Shown one piece after another: positions 62,848-64,000 of a stretch of DNA of 64,000 nucleotides. Source of the stretch: an uncultured Parachlamydiaceae bacterium (GTDB lineage: Bacteria; Chlamydiota; Chlamydiia; Chlamydiales; Parachlamydiaceae); assembly GCA_963742415.1 (NCBI GenBank), contig CAVULX010000003.1, positions 288,001-352,000 on the forward strand, given 5' to 3'. The position numbers and the translations under genes are program-made. The notes beneath the pieces are model-generated. The model worked only from the letters and a program-made list of their open reading frames with translations. It did not search any database and had not been told where the DNA came from. The first letter of the stretch is position 1, and each line of letters starts with the position of its first letter.

Positions 62848-64000
62848 ATGACAACGTTAACTACCACTTGGCGTAGAAGTAAAAGCCTGGAAAACATCTA
62901 TTTTAGCCCTAAGGCCTTCAACAAAGAGCCAAAGATGGTGCACCCTTTTAAAAACCATTGTATTGAAAAATTTGAAGTTGTCACTGAACATTTAGAAAGG
63001 TCTCAGGTTGAAGCATTAGAATCGAAAATGGCTGCTCTGCCAGATGTAGATGGGCAATTAGAAATCCTGTGCAATGTTCTAAAAGAAGCTGATTTCAAAG
63101 CTCCAATATGGAACGATGCAGACTTTCCTCTCTATTGCCTATCAGCATTAAAAAAAGAAATGATAGATGGATTAGCTTTTAGTACAAGCCAGCTTTTTTT
63201 TAATGTTTTCTCTCATTCAAAGACCAAAGAGGATGTCGAAATCGTCCCTCTTTTTATCGATGAAGCTGTCAACGACCTAGCATGGGGGCTCATCAAAGAA
63301 ACAATTGAACCTTTTTCTGGGGTTCAAAGTCACTTTTATCAACAGTTTGTAAAAAAATCTAAAGATCATTACGAACGGATGAATAAAGAGCAATTAAACA
63401 ATTTTTTCGAGGAGATGAGAAACCTCCCTCTTCTAGACCGATACTTATTGCTTATTCCAGATCCCAATCCAATATGTTTAGATTTAGATGTTGATTCCAA
63501 GGAAACCATAAGCAATATGATTAACACGAATCTTGAAGTAAAGTTCAATAATTTTTGCCGGATTTCTGATAAAAAAGAAAACCCCATGCGGATGATTCCT
63601 TCGATGGGAATGTTGAAGGTTTATCTACATGTTATGGGAGGTGAAAATGCTCCTATATTAATTTCAAGATATGGGGCCTTATCTTCTGCAGCTTTGCAGA
63701 AAGGGATTTTAGAGAATGAATTGGACTTTTTTATAAATTCAAGTCATGCATTAGCTTCAATTATACCTCAAAAAACTACCGTTAAAAAATTTGACTGTGA
63801 ATTGTGTGCCAACGAACTTGAATATTACGGCTTTTTCCAAGCTGAGATCTTTCGACGCATTCCAAAGTCACATCGAAGGATGTTTGAAGTGTGCAGAAAA
63901 ATATTAGAGGGGATTGCAAACGACGCTGATAACATGAATAAGAAAAATAATATCATCGAAAGTTATAAAAAACTTTATGAAATGGAGCATGTGATCTACC
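62848..64000 (+). CDS. hypothetical protein, paralog 2 (runs off the right edge)
   Basis: MTTLTTTWRRSKSLENIYF...FKNH..E.FEVVTEHLER.QVEALESKM...MIDGLAFSTSQLFFN is clearly homologous to 61209-62729; absent from the ORF track because there is no stop. Confidence 0.85.
   Translation, partial: MTTLTTTWRRSKSLENIYFSPKAFNKEPKMVHPFKNHCIEKFEVVTEHLERSQVEALESKMAALPDVDGQLEILCNVLKEADFKAPIWNDADFPLYCLSALKKEMIDGLAFSTSQLFFNVFSHSKTKEDVEIVPLFIDEAVNDLAWGLIKETIEPFSGVQSHFYQQFVKKSKDHYERMNKEQLNNFFEEMRNLPLLDRYLLLIPDPNPICLDLDVDSKETISNMINTNLEVKFNNFCRISDKKENPMRMIPSMGMLKVYLHVMGGENAPILISRYGALSSAALQKGILENELDFFINSSHALASIIPQKTTVKKFDCELCANELEYYGFFQAEIFRRIPKSHRRMFEVCRKILEGIANDADNMNKKNNIIESYKKLYEMEHVIY

Overview
This window comes from an environmental Chlamydiae genome (Parachlamydiales-like). 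The assignment rests on grgA next to gap, a chlamydial-type rplC-to-rplQ operon lacking rpsJ/rpsN/rpmD/adk/infA/rpmJ/rpsD, and a very large chlamydial PBP2. Positions 1-14.4 kb hold hemF, carbonic anhydrase, a fatty-acid beta-oxidation operon, an MFS transporter, gnd and tRNA-Arg(CCT). Positions 14.4-34.7 kb are mostly accessory and lie between two inward-pointing tRNAs. They include a ~7 kb block (P-type H+-ATPase, NhaD, DMT transporter, YbdK) flanked by a duplicated gene 3' end, a MazF/PemK toxin-antitoxin pair, gene fragments and an AAA-ATPase/nuclease with tandem operators. Positions 35-50 kb hold grgA, gap and the ribosomal protein/secY/rpoA operon; this stretch is heavily frameshifted, almost certainly by sequencing or consensus error. 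Positions 50-64 kb hold a barrel-less autotransporter-like passenger, a GT6-GT2-GalE operon, PBP2 and a tandem pair of orphan paralogs. The best candidate for a novel system is the GT6-GT2-GalE operon: all three enzymes carry apparent signal peptides and the GT6 has the vertebrate-type DXD motif. Several multi-hairpin REP/MITE-like palindromic elements are scattered through the window. All product calls come from motif recognition by eye, without database searches.
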